DNA of 64,000 nucleotides from NCBI GenBank assembly GCA_965242965.1, contig OZ251518.1:384001-448000 (forward strand), written 5' to 3'. The position numbers and the translations under genes are program-made. Below the pieces are notes generated by a model. The model saw nothing but the letters and a program-made list of their open reading frames with translations. It ran no database searches and was not told the origin of the DNA. The first letter of the stretch is position 1, and the number at the start of each line of letters is the position of its first letter. The DNA is from Candidatus Poribacteria bacterium. Its GTDB lineage: Bacteria > Poribacteria > WGA-4E > WGA-3G. Shown here one piece after another: positions 39,301 through 48,369 of this stretch.

Positions 39301-39492
39301 TTGGGTCAGTATTCGGCGTTGGAGTGGGTGGTGAAGCAGTATCGTGTGAAGGCGGATGCGCGGAGTGGTATTGTGAACGATCCGAACGATGCGTCGAATC
39401 CGCGTTATATCGTGGAGCTCATCGGTTCGGTGGTTACGGTGAGTTTGGAGACGTGTAAGATTGTTGGGGGTTTGCCATCGTTTCGTTCGTGA
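36340..39492 (+). CDS. Fused restriction-modification enzyme (N6-adenine MTase, type IIG/ISP-like, no helicase)
   Basis: RLDG...WEAK nuclease-like motif, GIVYTPQPIVDF, DAFVGTGNF (motif I), GNPPY (motif IV), LlaGI-like C-terminus GLKTNRDAW, YRPF, YGILH.P.YR. Confidence 0.85.
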   Translation: MTTLNLKPTHKAITAYYAALNRYQQHGVTHETAVRAAFQALLEACTRQLDWTLICEQTLRLPDRNPIRLDGALLDEHSLPRGTWEAKGVKGALRAEINKKFDAGYPQDNILFQTPERAILYQNGREVMDADITAPETLVTVLQTFFAYERANAAEWRAAVARFKELVPELGAEAANLIQTQHETNAQFRADFTAFHELCKTAINPNLSAAAVQEMLVQHLLTERMFRTVFEDPDFAHRNIIAREIEKVLKGTLANFLNRGQLLQKLTPFYREIEREAATLVDFSQKQHFLNTVYEQFFQGFSVKQADTHGIVYTPQPIVDFMANSVQHILQTEFDHALADEGVHIIDAFVGTGNFIVRLMRDIPKTKLEAKYRNELWCNEVLLLPYYIATLNIEHEFYAATGTYLPFEGISLVDTFELAEDRQLSLLTAENTARVAKQQASPMFVVIGNPPYNAGQINENDNNKNRNYPTLEARVRETYAKDSTATLKNSLYDTYVKALRWASDRIGKQGIVALVTNNSFLSGTSFDGMRKHLAEDFDAIYVVDLGGNARRDKLVADASVFGIRVGVSINFFVKNPSRRSRGTGPRATVPSGLDGIAGDRPPRYGNGENSARIFYYRTDDAWNKHQKFDFLTQTEHVGNVDWQTLEPDARNTWLTEGLNPEFLTFMPIGSKTAKREKKEPAGVIFHQFSNGLKTNRDAWAYNFNRDALAENMQRMIGAYNAQVSQWRDRDDNAEISVDDFVDADLRKIKWSGDLKTALKKGVFAAFSNEKLRTSLYRPFTRSFLFFDRLMNNGTFLQPYIFPTPETEKENLVLSAAGTGHRTGFGCLVSNVIPNVDLAYEKGQCFPFYFYDEDGTNRRENITDWALENFRKHYGDDTITKWNIFHYTYGILHHPAYRERYAADLKRDLPHIPYADDFWAFANAGARLAELHVNYEAQPEYPLTFVEDATRQLDFRVEKMRLSKDKTSLIYNEFLTLEGIPAAVFSYRLGQYSALEWVVKQYRVKADARSGIVNDPNDASNPRYIVELIGSVVTVSLETCKIVGGLPSFRS

Positions 39493-39960
39493 AAAAAACG
39501 CCGTCATGTTACGTAGGGCGGGGGCCTGTCCCCCGCCATGCTGCGGTCTACCGGAAACTCGCGAGGGACAGGCCCTCGCGCTACGGAAAAAAACGCTGCT
39601 ACGTTACGTAGGGCGGGGGCCTGTCCCCCGCCATGCTGCGATCTCTAGGCTCTGTAGTTCGGGAGCAGGCGCTCCCGAACTACAGTGGGCCCGATGCGCG
39701 CCCCCCCAACGGGGATAAAGCATCCGAGCGGGTTTCCCTCGCCATGCAACGATCGCGAGGGACAGGCCCTCGCGCTACGGTGAAAAAACGCATCCCCGCC
39801 ATCGCGCGCGCCAGTTTCTGTAGTTCAGGAGCGCCTGATCCTGACCCGTTTGTGATCAGGCGATCACAAACTACAGAGTGGGCCCGATGCGCGCCAGGTT
39901 CTGTAGGTCAGGATCGCCTGATCCTGACCTATTCGGGAGCAGGTGCTCCCGAACTACAAA
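39493..39960. repeat. REP mosaic without TIRs
   Basis: GTAGGGCGGGGGCCTGTCCCCCGCC and doublet modules. Confidence 0.8.
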
Positions 39961-39987
39961 CCGAGGAATTGACAATAGGACTACGTT

Positions 39988-41352
39988 ATGCAAGAAAACA
40001 GACACAATCAAACGCCACGCGAAATCCGAAAAATTGATAAGGCGCATGTGTGGCATCCGCTTTTTCAACATCAACGGCTTGAAGAGACAGACCTGCTCGT
40101 CATCAAGTCGGCGCACGGGACGACGCTTGTGGACGAAGAAGGCAGGGAATATTTAGACGCATACTCGGCACTGTGGAACGTCAACGTCGGCTATGGCAGG
40201 CAGGAGATTGCGGATGCAGTCTACGCGCAGATTCAGCAGTTGCCGTATTATCCGCACTCGCAGATTAACGCGCCGGCGACGATGCTGGCGGAGCAGTTAT
40301 CGGCGTGCTTGCCGGGCGATCTGAACCACGTCTATTTCTGCAACAGCGGTTCTGAGGCGAATGAGACGGCTATCAAGATTGCGCGCCAATACGGGAGGCA
40401 AACCTACCCGGGTGAGAATCGCTATAAAATCATCAGTCGGTATCGCGGGTATCATGGATTCACTTACGGCGCGTTGTCGGCGACGGGACAGGCGCGTCGG
40501 CGGAAGGCGTTTGAGCCGCTCGTCCCTGGTTTTTACCACGCGCAGCCGCCTTACTGTTATCGGTGTCCGTTAGGCTTAGCATCTTCTACTTGCAACGTCG
40601 GTTGCGCCGAGGACATCGCGCGGATTATTCAGTCTGAGGGCCCCGAGACGGTGATTGCCGTTATCGCGGAACCTATCATCGGTGGGGGCGGCGTGATTGT
40701 GCCGCCGGCTGAATATTTGCCGAAACTCCGCGAAATCTGCGATGCTTATGGGCTGCTGCTTATCCTTGACGAAGTGATTACAGGGTTTGGAAGGACCGGG
40801 AAGATGTTCGCATGTGAGCATTGGGGGGTCCAACCAGACCTGATTACGCTTGCCAAGGGGTTGACGAGCGGCTATGTCCCCCTCGGTGCGTGTGTTGCAT
40901 CGACGAAGGTGTTTGAGGCGTTCCTCGGTGGGCCCGATGATAATAACGAGTTCGCGCAGGTTTGCACCTATGGTGGACATCCTGTCGCTTGCGCCGCCGG
41001 TGTGGCGAATCTGAACATTTTGCAGGAAGAACGTCTCTGGGAAAACGCCGATAAGGTGGGGAGTTATCTCCTTGAAAAACTGACGACGTTGAAAACTTTG
41101 CCTATCGTTGGTGATGTGCGCGGCAAAGGTTTGATGTTGGCGGTGGAGTTAGTTCAGGCTGATGGCGCGCATCTGGAAACGGCGCACACGAACCGTATCG
41201 TCGGTGCATTGCGCGAGAAAGGCGTTATCGTCGGTAAGATTGGACACGCCGTGGACGAACCGGAGAACATCATTTTCATCGCGCCACCGCTCATTCTCAC
41301 TGAGGTTGAGGCGGATAGAATTTTTGAGACGCTCCGTGCTGTTCTCCGGTAG
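39988..41352 (+). CDS. Class III PLP aminotransferase (omega-amino acid/BioA-like)
   Basis: [39 protein letters not shown] motifs. Confidence 0.9.
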   Translation: MQENRHNQTPREIRKIDKAHVWHPLFQHQRLEETDLLVIKSAHGTTLVDEEGREYLDAYSALWNVNVGYGRQEIADAVYAQIQQLPYYPHSQINAPATMLAEQLSACLPGDLNHVYFCNSGSEANETAIKIARQYGRQTYPGENRYKIISRYRGYHGFTYGALSATGQARRRKAFEPLVPGFYHAQPPYCYRCPLGLASSTCNVGCAEDIARIIQSEGPETVIAVIAEPIIGGGGVIVPPAEYLPKLREICDAYGLLLILDEVITGFGRTGKMFACEHWGVQPDLITLAKGLTSGYVPLGACVASTKVFEAFLGGPDDNNEFAQVCTYGGHPVACAAGVANLNILQEERLWENADKVGSYLLEKLTTLKTLPIVGDVRGKGLMLAVELVQADGAHLETAHTNRIVGALREKGVIVGKIGHAVDEPENIIFIAPPLILTEVEADRIFETLRAVLR

Positions 41353-41406
41353 CAGGACGCTTGCAAACGTCTGCAAACGTTCAGGGTTTTCCCGAAAATC
41401 GGGGTG

Positions 41407-42270
41407 TTACGCGAGGTATTTATCGAGCAGGAAGCTGAGCCGTTGTCGCGCGGCAGGCGAAATTTTATCGGGCTGCGTGGCAATCGCGCCTTCAAGCGCG
41501 TTTTCACAGCTGCACGTTCGCTGAGTCTCGGTAATCTTCGCCACGGCACTTCGCACTGTCTGTTTTGATACCTCAACGTTGGCGCGGACATTGCCGAGAA
41601 CCATATCGTTGGTGACAGCATCGTGTTCGGGATGCCAGCAGTCGTAATCGGTGGTGCAGGCGAGGAGCGCGTAACACATTTCCGCTTCGCGTGCGAGTTT
41701 CGCTTCCGGTGCCGCTGTCATCCCAATGATGTCAAATCCGAAGTGCCGGTAGACTTCGGATTCGGCGCGGGTTGAGAAGGCGGGGCCCTCCATACAGAGA
41801 TAGGTGCCGCCCCAATGCACAGTCGCGCCTGCTTCCTCTGCGGCGGTATGTAAACACGTGCTCATAAGTGGACAGAAGGGGTGCGCGAGGCTCACATGCG
41901 CAGTGACACCCTCACCGAAAAAGGTGCTGTTGCGGTGTTTCGTGTTGTCATAGAGTTGCTCTGGCACGACGAAATGCCGCGGTTCGATCTCCAGTTTCAG
42001 ACTGCCGACGGCACTGACGGAGATGAGATTTTCGACACCTAGGGTTTTCAAGGCGTAGATATTGGCACGGGCATTCACCTCTGAGGGGAGCGTCCGGTGC
42101 CCGGCACCGTGGCGCGGTAGAAAAACCACCGGAATTCCATCAAGGCTGCCGACGATGAGCGCGTCGCTCGGTTTCCCGAAGGGGGTTTCTACTTCGGTTC
42201 TTTCGATGTCGGTTAAGCCGTCCATTTGATAAAAGCCGCTGCCGCCGATAATTCCGATTTTAATAGACAT
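41407..42270 (-). CDS. mtnP: S-methyl-5'-thioadenosine phosphorylase
   Basis: IGIIGGSG, TPFGKPS, PRHG, EGPAFSTRAES, IGMT..PEAKLAREAE, TDYDCW. Confidence 0.92.
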   Translation of the reverse strand: MSIKIGIIGGSGFYQMDGLTDIERTEVETPFGKPSDALIVGSLDGIPVVFLPRHGAGHRTLPSEVNARANIYALKTLGVENLISVSAVGSLKLEIEPRHFVVPEQLYDNTKHRNSTFFGEGVTAHVSLAHPFCPLMSTCLHTAAEEAGATVHWGGTYLCMEGPAFSTRAESEVYRHFGFDIIGMTAAPEAKLAREAEMCYALLACTTDYDCWHPEHDAVTNDMVLGNVRANVEVSKQTVRSAVAKITETQRTCSCENALEGAIATQPDKISPAARQRLSFLLDKYLA

Positions 42271-42361
42271 ACGTTCTCCTAAAAAGCGTTGGGATTGTGA
42301 GGTTCATCCTATTGTTTGTCGAGACCAGGAGGTCTCTCCTACTGTCTTTCAAGACTCCGGA

Positions 42362-42494
42362 ATCCGTAGGGCGAGGGCCTGTCCCTCGCCACCTTGCAAG
42401 CCCCCGGGATCCGTAGGGCGAGGGCCTGTCCCTCGCCACCTTGCAAGCCCCCGGGATCCGTAGGGCGAGGGCCTGTCCCTCGCCACCTTGCAAG
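42362..42494. repeat. Three tandem 47-bp REP units
   Basis: ATCCGTAGGGCGAGGGCCTGTCCCTCGCCACCTTGCAAG at 42362, 42409, 42456 with identical linkers. Confidence 0.9.
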
Positions 42495-42513
42495 ACTAAT
42501 TGAGAAACGAAAC

Positions 42514-43335
42514 ATGGCACTTTTGCACTGTGGCAATTTAACACTTGAAGGCAAATCCAGCTCCGCTGTGGCCACCTATATCCGAGTGAAAGAGCTCGAT
42601 CTGGTTTTCGATTTAGGCAGGTGTCCGATGCATTTTATCGGCACCAACAACGTCTTCATCTCGCATTTTCACTTGGACCACTATTTCGGGCTGCCCATCT
42701 ATATCAGCCAACGGTGGCTTTCTGATATACCGCCGGGGAACATCTATGTGCCTTCAAGTGGGTTTCGCCAGTTGACACACATTTTGGATATGATTTCTGC
42801 ACTGGATATGGGGCGACGCTGGGCATATAGCGTCACGCCGGTGCATGTGGGCGATGCGATTCCGTTTCGGCAGAATCTCATGGCGCACATTCTACCGGGC
42901 AACCACAGTGTTCCCGCTGTCTCTTACCTCATTTGTGAGGTTCGCAAAAAACTCAAGCCTGAGTTCCATGCATTGCAGGGGCATGAGATTGCCGCCCTCA
43001 AGCATTCCGGCACCGAGGTGACGACAGAGGTGCAGTTGCCGCTCATCGCCTATCTTGGTGACACGCGCGGGATTCCGTTGGATGCGCATCCGTTGCTTAA
43101 ACAGTGCCAGGTTCTGATTTGTGAATGCACGTTTGTCCTGCCGGAGCATCGCGCGCGTGCGAAAAAGACGATGCACCTGCATCTCGACATGCTGCTGCCG
43201 ATGTTAGCCGAACTTGAGAGTGAACATGTCGTGTTGACGCACTTCTCCCGCCGCTATACACCGGAACTTATCCGGCAGACAGTTTTCAACCGTTTGCCAG
43301 TGAAGGAACGTTCACGCGTTAAGTTATTCCTGTGA
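42514..43335 (+). CDS. Metallo-beta-lactamase fold hydrolase, RNase Z-like
   Basis: SHFHLDH, AYLGDT, ECTF, HFSRRY motifs. Confidence 0.8.
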   Translation: MALLHCGNLTLEGKSSSAVATYIRVKELDLVFDLGRCPMHFIGTNNVFISHFHLDHYFGLPIYISQRWLSDIPPGNIYVPSSGFRQLTHILDMISALDMGRRWAYSVTPVHVGDAIPFRQNLMAHILPGNHSVPAVSYLICEVRKKLKPEFHALQGHEIAALKHSGTEVTTEVQLPLIAYLGDTRGIPLDAHPLLKQCQVLICECTFVLPEHRARAKKTMHLHLDMLLPMLAELESEHVVLTHFSRRYTPELIRQTVFNRLPVKERSRVKLFL

Positions 43336-43379
43336 GGGAAGTTCTGGCAGGCGCGTTTTCCTTTCCCGTGAGGTTGTCT

Positions 43380-44129
43380 CTATTTCAAGGCACGTTTCAT
43401 TTTCCCCCACGTCGTTGTCAATTTATGTGTCGCTTCGACGGCGAGTCCTTGCGTAGCGAGCTGCAAGAGTTCATCTTCAGACAACGCCCGGTCGAATATC
43501 ATCACCTCATCAATAATTCCTTTGAAATAGCGATTTCCGCCGCAACAATCCACCCATGCGATATTCAGCGCGCCGATTTCTTGCTCAACGTGCGGAATAT
43601 CGTTGACTCCCTTATCCAATCCGTTGGCATCGGTATAGATGTAAAGCGTCGCCTGCTTGGGTTCAATTGTCATCGCGGCGAGTGCCCATTCGTCTTGCGG
43701 AATTTCGGGTCCGCCGTCCCACCGCCATGTGTCAGCGGCGTTGTTATTCCAGACGTAGTGCAGGAAATCGTTATCGCCGAAGATGAGTTCGGTGGCAGTC
43801 GGTGTGCGCGAACCGACGATGCCTGCCCAGTCGTTGGCTTTCCAGCCGTTAATCCACGCGGCGTAAGTCGTTGTCGTGGTGATAAGGTTATAGTCGGGGA
43901 TTTGGATTTTCTGTGAGCTGCCGTCAAACTTCGCGCCTTTCCCGACGCGTGCGTCTACCCAGGTCAGTTTTCCGACAGCTTCGCCATCGTCTTTACCGAT
44001 GCTATCGGTTGCATCTCCATCGAGGGGCCAGTAGTTGACGAGGCCATCTTGCAGGTCCGCGGCGATAGCGATGTTGAGTGCCATGCAGAGGCAAATGATA
44101 ACAAAGCCGGTGGTTTTAAGCGTTAACAT
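43380..44129 (-). CDS. Secreted LamG/ConA-like domain protein with KLxTTWG tail
   Basis: Signal peptide, GLVNYWPLDG, FKGIIDEVMIFDRALS, AVEATHKLTTTWGKMK. Confidence 0.85.
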   Translation of the reverse strand: MLTLKTTGFVIICLCMALNIAIAADLQDGLVNYWPLDGDATDSIGKDDGEAVGKLTWVDARVGKGAKFDGSSQKIQIPDYNLITTTTTYAAWINGWKANDWAGIVGSRTPTATELIFGDNDFLHYVWNNNAADTWRWDGGPEIPQDEWALAAMTIEPKQATLYIYTDANGLDKGVNDIPHVEQEIGALNIAWVDCCGGNRYFKGIIDEVMIFDRALSEDELLQLATQGLAVEATHKLTTTWGKMKRALK

Positions 44130-44189
44130 AAGCGTTCCTCTCTGTTGTTCTGAGTCAGAATTTGTGGTGGGCCCCTCCTACAGTAAGAT

Positions 44190-44495
44190 ATCGGTTCCAC
44201 CTCTGTAGTTCGGGAGCGCCCGATCTCGAACGGATCAGGATCTGGCGATCCTGATCTACAGAATCAGCGTGGCGATCGAACGATGGCGAGGGACAGGCCC
44301 TCGCCCTACGTGAATGGGCGGCGTTTTTTTCATCGTAGCGCGGGGGCCCTCGCATGCCATACGCGCATGCGAGCGGGTTTCCCCCGCGATCGTTGCATGG
44401 CGAGGGACAGGCCCTCGCCCTACGGTAAGCAGCACGTTTTCCCTCATCCCGCGATCGTTGCACGGCGAGGGACAGGTTTTCACACCGCCCTACGT
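44190..44495. repeat. REP mosaic without TIRs
   Basis: Same hairpin module families as elsewhere. Confidence 0.8.
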
Positions 44496-44511
44496 GCTGT
44501 CCGAACGAGGC

Positions 44512-45885
44512 TTAGCTGCCGCTGCTGCCGGGATATGAATTCGCGTCCTGGTCAGATGTTCCTTCTTCTTGTTCTTGGTAGAAGAGGTATCCATCCTGGT
44601 CCTGGTCGAGTTCAAACTGCCGGACGATTTGTTCTGCTTCGCGGAGGTAAGGCGTGTCGCCCTTGGTGATGCTCATATATGCCTTGAACCCCTCGTAAGC
44701 GGAACCGAACTCCCGGATTGCGCGGTAGCAGATAGCCTGCTGGTAAACGGCTTCATTGCGCCATGTGGATTCAGGCGCGTTTTCAAAGAGGCTGTCGTAT
44801 GCACGGATGGCGCGTTCGTATTCGCCGTTCTGCTGGTAGAGCGTGCCGGCGCGGTAGAGCGCGTCTGCGGCGGCGAACTTCTTATGCGATACCTCCGTGG
44901 CTAACGTTTCGTATGCCTCAATGGCCCTGGGATAGTTTCGGAGTTTCTCCCAGTTGCTCGCTACCTGTTGGAAACTCTGGACAACCAGGTCAGCCATGCC
45001 CATGCGCCATCTATCCGCCGGTGTAATCTTCCTGCCGGATTTTTCGTATTCCACCGCTTTCTTACTGCGATTCTGCTCAATTTCGTCCATCAGCTGCTTA
45101 ATATCTGTCAAGACATCGGCTGTCTGCTTCAGGAGTGTTGAGGCTTGCGATGCTTCGTAAGATTCGGGGAACTTTTCGGTGACAGCGACGAATGCGGGCC
45201 AGCCGCCGGTGTAGTCGTAGAGTTCGTAAAAATAGATGTTGCCGATCTGGAATTGCGCCTGCGGTGCTTTGGCGTGTTCCACGAATTCCTCGCCCATCCG
45301 TTCGTAATTTCGGATGGCTTCGGGATAGTTTTCCAACGCTTCGTATGCCCGCGCGACTTCGTAGAGTGCATCGGCAGCGATGTTAAAGGTTTCGTCCTTC
45401 GGATCCGCGTCATAGAGTGCCTTGTAGTTCTGGTATTCGGCACGCTTATCCTTAATGATTTGGCGGTTCTTCCGGATGTTCGCCGTTCCGCTTTTCGCCT
45501 CGTTGGCGTAATAGCCGGTGGGTGCAAGCGCGACGATTGCCTGATAATGCTCGGTGGCTTTATCCCACTCATACTGCCGTTTATAGATTTCCGCAATCTG
45601 GTAGTGGGCGCGCTGGGCATATTTGCCCTTGGCATCACGTTCGATGACTTCGAGATAGAGTTGCATCGCGCGAGCGTAGCGTTTCTGCTGCTCGGCACGG
45701 TTTTTCTGCATTTTTCCCGGGTCTTCGTCCTGCACTTTCATCGATGCCGCTTCGTTAAAAGCGTTATCGGCGTTCTGCAGTTTCGCGCCGAGTGGGACGA
45801 TGCTCACACCGCCTGGCCCACAACCGACGAACAGCGTCGCAGTCAGCAAGGCGATGATGAGGAACATGGGGGTAAACCGGTTCAT
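44512..45885 (-). CDS. Tetratricopeptide-repeat lipoprotein
   Basis: Lipobox FVGC; multiple TPRs (AHYQIAEIY, ALYEVARAY, AQFQIGNIY, ALYRAGTLY). Confidence 0.85.
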   Translation of the reverse strand: MNRFTPMFLIIALLTATLFVGCGPGGVSIVPLGAKLQNADNAFNEAASMKVQDEDPGKMQKNRAEQQKRYARAMQLYLEVIERDAKGKYAQRAHYQIAEIYKRQYEWDKATEHYQAIVALAPTGYYANEAKSGTANIRKNRQIIKDKRAEYQNYKALYDADPKDETFNIAADALYEVARAYEALENYPEAIRNYERMGEEFVEHAKAPQAQFQIGNIYFYELYDYTGGWPAFVAVTEKFPESYEASQASTLLKQTADVLTDIKQLMDEIEQNRSKKAVEYEKSGRKITPADRWRMGMADLVVQSFQQVASNWEKLRNYPRAIEAYETLATEVSHKKFAAADALYRAGTLYQQNGEYERAIRAYDSLFENAPESTWRNEAVYQQAICYRAIREFGSAYEGFKAYMSITKGDTPYLREAEQIVRQFELDQDQDGYLFYQEQEEGTSDQDANSYPGSSGS

Positions 45886-45970
45886 TGTTATCCTCCTTAA
45901 GGTTTGCGTGCCAGCATTTTTCAGCTGGCGTTTATCGAATTATATCAGCATTCCGTTCATTATTTTATTT

Positions 45971-45998
45971 ATTATACCAAATGTGCAAAAATTGTCAA
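45971..45998 (-). promoter_or_regulatory. Consensus sigma70 promoter for the TPR gene
   Basis: Minus strand TTGACA-16 nt-TATAAT with TG extension. Confidence 0.65.
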
Positions 45999-46101
45999 GA
46001 ATTTTTTTGAGATTTTTTGTCTGCATCAGGATTTTAAAGTGCTTGACAATTTTTTGAAAATATGTCAAAATAGAGATATCTTGAATATAGGGAGGCGAAT
46101 T

Positions 46102-47004
46102 ATGGAAAATAGTGCATACAATGTCGGCGTTGTCGGTGTTGGAAGGATGGGCGCGAATATTGCCCGGCATCTGAACGATGATGGATTCAATGTCACCGTC
46201 GTTTACGATGTGGCCAGTGAACGCGCGCAGGAGCTCGCCGCGGAGCTCGGCGCAGTTGCGGCGGATACGTTAGCGCAGGTTACGGCGCGCGCCGACTATA
46301 TCATCACCGTTGTTACGGACGATGCGGCGATGCGCCAGGTCTTCGCCGAAAATGCGGATGACAGCCTGCTCACCGGTTCGTGCTGCAAACTCTTCATTAA
46401 CTGCGCCACGATTAGTCCGCATGTTCACGTTGAGGTGGAACAACTCGCGGAAAGGCACGGTGCGGAGAGCCTTGAAGGGTGCATGGCGAGTAGCATTACG
46501 CAGGCGCGGGAAGGCACACTCTATCTGATGTGCGGTGGAAAAAAAGAGACGTTTGAGAGGGCACGCGCCATTCTCGATTCGATGAGCATCTCCCTCCGTT
46601 ATATCGGCTCGGCGGGACAGGCGGCGCAAGTCAAGGCACTTGTCAATATGGTGATGAACATCAACACGGCTGGGCTCGCTGAGGGCCTCGGCTTGGGTGC
46701 CGCGCTTGGGTTGGACCTGGGGATGTTACAGCAGGTCTTCGCGCAGACCGGGGCAAACTCTCGCGTGTTGGAGACAGATGGCGAAGACATGGAGTCCCGG
46801 GACCACGAGTGCTATTTTTCGGCGGCGCATGCATCGAAAGATTCGGGCATCGCGCTGGATTTAGCGGACGCGGCTGGCATTGCTCTCCCACTGGCGCAGG
46901 CGACGAAAGCGCAGTATGACAAGATGATTGAAATGGGATTAGGCGAATTGGATAAATCCGGTGTCGCTGAATTGACGTTCCCCGGTCGCGGAGGACAATC
47001 GTAA
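46102..47004 (+). CDS. 3-hydroxyisobutyrate dehydrogenase-like NAD(P)-dependent oxidoreductase
   Basis: GVVGVGRMG, TISP, G.L.LMCGG, VKALVN, KD motifs; GGAGG RBS. Confidence 0.85.
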   Translation: MENSAYNVGVVGVGRMGANIARHLNDDGFNVTVVYDVASERAQELAAELGAVAADTLAQVTARADYIITVVTDDAAMRQVFAENADDSLLTGSCCKLFINCATISPHVHVEVEQLAERHGAESLEGCMASSITQAREGTLYLMCGGKKETFERARAILDSMSISLRYIGSAGQAAQVKALVNMVMNINTAGLAEGLGLGAALGLDLGMLQQVFAQTGANSRVLETDGEDMESRDHECYFSAAHASKDSGIALDLADAAGIALPLAQATKAQYDKMIEMGLGELDKSGVAELTFPGRGGQS

Positions 47005-47055
47005 GTGTGGATGTAGGCAATCGTGCCTCAAGCAAGAACGTAGTCAACGTAATCT

Positions 47056-47407
47056 GAGGGTGTTTCATAAGTCCGTTTCGGTATTTATTCCGCCTTGGAG
47101 GGCTGGCGAACACCAGAAGGCATCGGGTCCATCTCTGTAGTTCGGGCTCGCCTGATCCCGAATGGGGCATGGAGAGGAGAACCCCTCCCTGGCCCGTAGC
47201 GCGGGGGCCTGTCCCCCGCGATCGTTCGATCTGCGCGAAAAACGCACACTGGCCAAAGCCGTTTCCCCAATCGAGGCACGGCGAGGGACAGGCCCTCGCC
47301 CTACGGGCCAGGGCGGCGTTTTTTCACCGTAGCGCGGGGCCCTCGGATGCCACACGCGCATCCGAGCGGGTTTCACCGCGACGTTGAGCGAGTTATGAAA
47401 CACCCTC
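47056..47407. mobile_element. TIR-bounded REP-mosaic element, copy 7 (352 bp) with 10-bp TSD
   Basis: Perfect TIRs; AACGTAATCT at 47046-47055 and 47408-47417. Confidence 0.9.
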
Positions 47408-47449
47408 AACGTAATCTGGCAGTGTCAATAATGGCATCGGTGGAGAGAC

Positions 47450-48202
47450 ATGCAACGACAAGAAGTGTCCGCTGAACGCATTGGGAAAGACGAAAAACTC
47501 AGAGGCGTAATCCTTGCCGGCGGTTTAGGCACGCGCCTGCATCCGCTTACCAAAGTGACGAGTAAGCATCTGCTGCCGGTGGGTAACGAACCGATGATTT
47601 TTCATTGCGTCAAGCAGTTCACCTCGGCAGGCGTTACGGATATCCTCATCGTGACGAATCCGGAGTATGTCGGCGATTTTGCGAGGGTTCTTGGTGGCGG
47701 TGCCGAGTTCGGGTGTGAGTTCACCTATCGCGTGCAGGAGGAGGCTAAGGGCATTGCGCACGCGCTTGCACTAGCGGAGGGATTCGCTGCCGGTGGCAGG
47801 ATTGTCGTATTTCTGGGCGATAACGTTTTTGAATCGCCTATTCAGCCCGCGGTTGCGGATTTCCTTGCGCAACGAGAGGGTGCGCGCGTCATGCTCAAGC
47901 AGGTGCCAGATCCTCGGCGTTACGGCGTTGCGGTTCTGGACGACAATCGCATCGTTGCGATTGAGGAGAAACCGCCGCATCCGAAAAGCGATTACGCGGT
48001 GGTAGGTGTCTATTTTTACGATGGGGCTGTTTTTGACATTATCCGCACGATTGAACCCTCGGCGCGCGGTGAATATGAGATAACGGCTGTCAACAACGTT
48101 TATCTCCGCCGTGGGCTGCTTGAATACAGCGTCGTGCAGGGAAGGTGGGTTGACGCTGGCACGTTTGATTCGCTAAATGAGGCGCATCATATTTTGTTGT
48201 AG
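47450..48202 (+). CDS. Sugar-1-phosphate nucleotidyltransferase (RmlA/SpsI-like)
   Basis: GVILAGGLGTRLHPLT..SKHLLPV, LGDN, EEKP, SARGEYEIT, WVDAGT. Confidence 0.88.
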   Translation: MQRQEVSAERIGKDEKLRGVILAGGLGTRLHPLTKVTSKHLLPVGNEPMIFHCVKQFTSAGVTDILIVTNPEYVGDFARVLGGGAEFGCEFTYRVQEEAKGIAHALALAEGFAAGGRIVVFLGDNVFESPIQPAVADFLAQREGARVMLKQVPDPRRYGVAVLDDNRIVAIEEKPPHPKSDYAVVGVYFYDGAVFDIIRTIEPSARGEYEITAVNNVYLRRGLLEYSVVQGRWVDAGTFDSLNEAHHILL

Positions 48203-48204
48203 GT

Positions 48205-48342
48205 GGGCATCGGGACCGGGAGGGGAAGTCGGGAGCGGGAGGTTTCGCCTACCCGTTCGGGAGCAGGTGCTCCCGAACTACAGTCATATTGCATCGAGAC
48301 CAGGAGGTCTCGCCTACGGGACCGGGAGGTCTCTCCTACGGT
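48205..48342. repeat. Short REP cluster
   Basis: Tandem GACC(A/G)GGAGGTCTC.CCTAC units plus a TTCGGGAGC..GCTCCCGAA hairpin. Confidence 0.75.
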
Positions 48343-48369
48343 AATTTTGATAATGGCATTGGTAAATAA

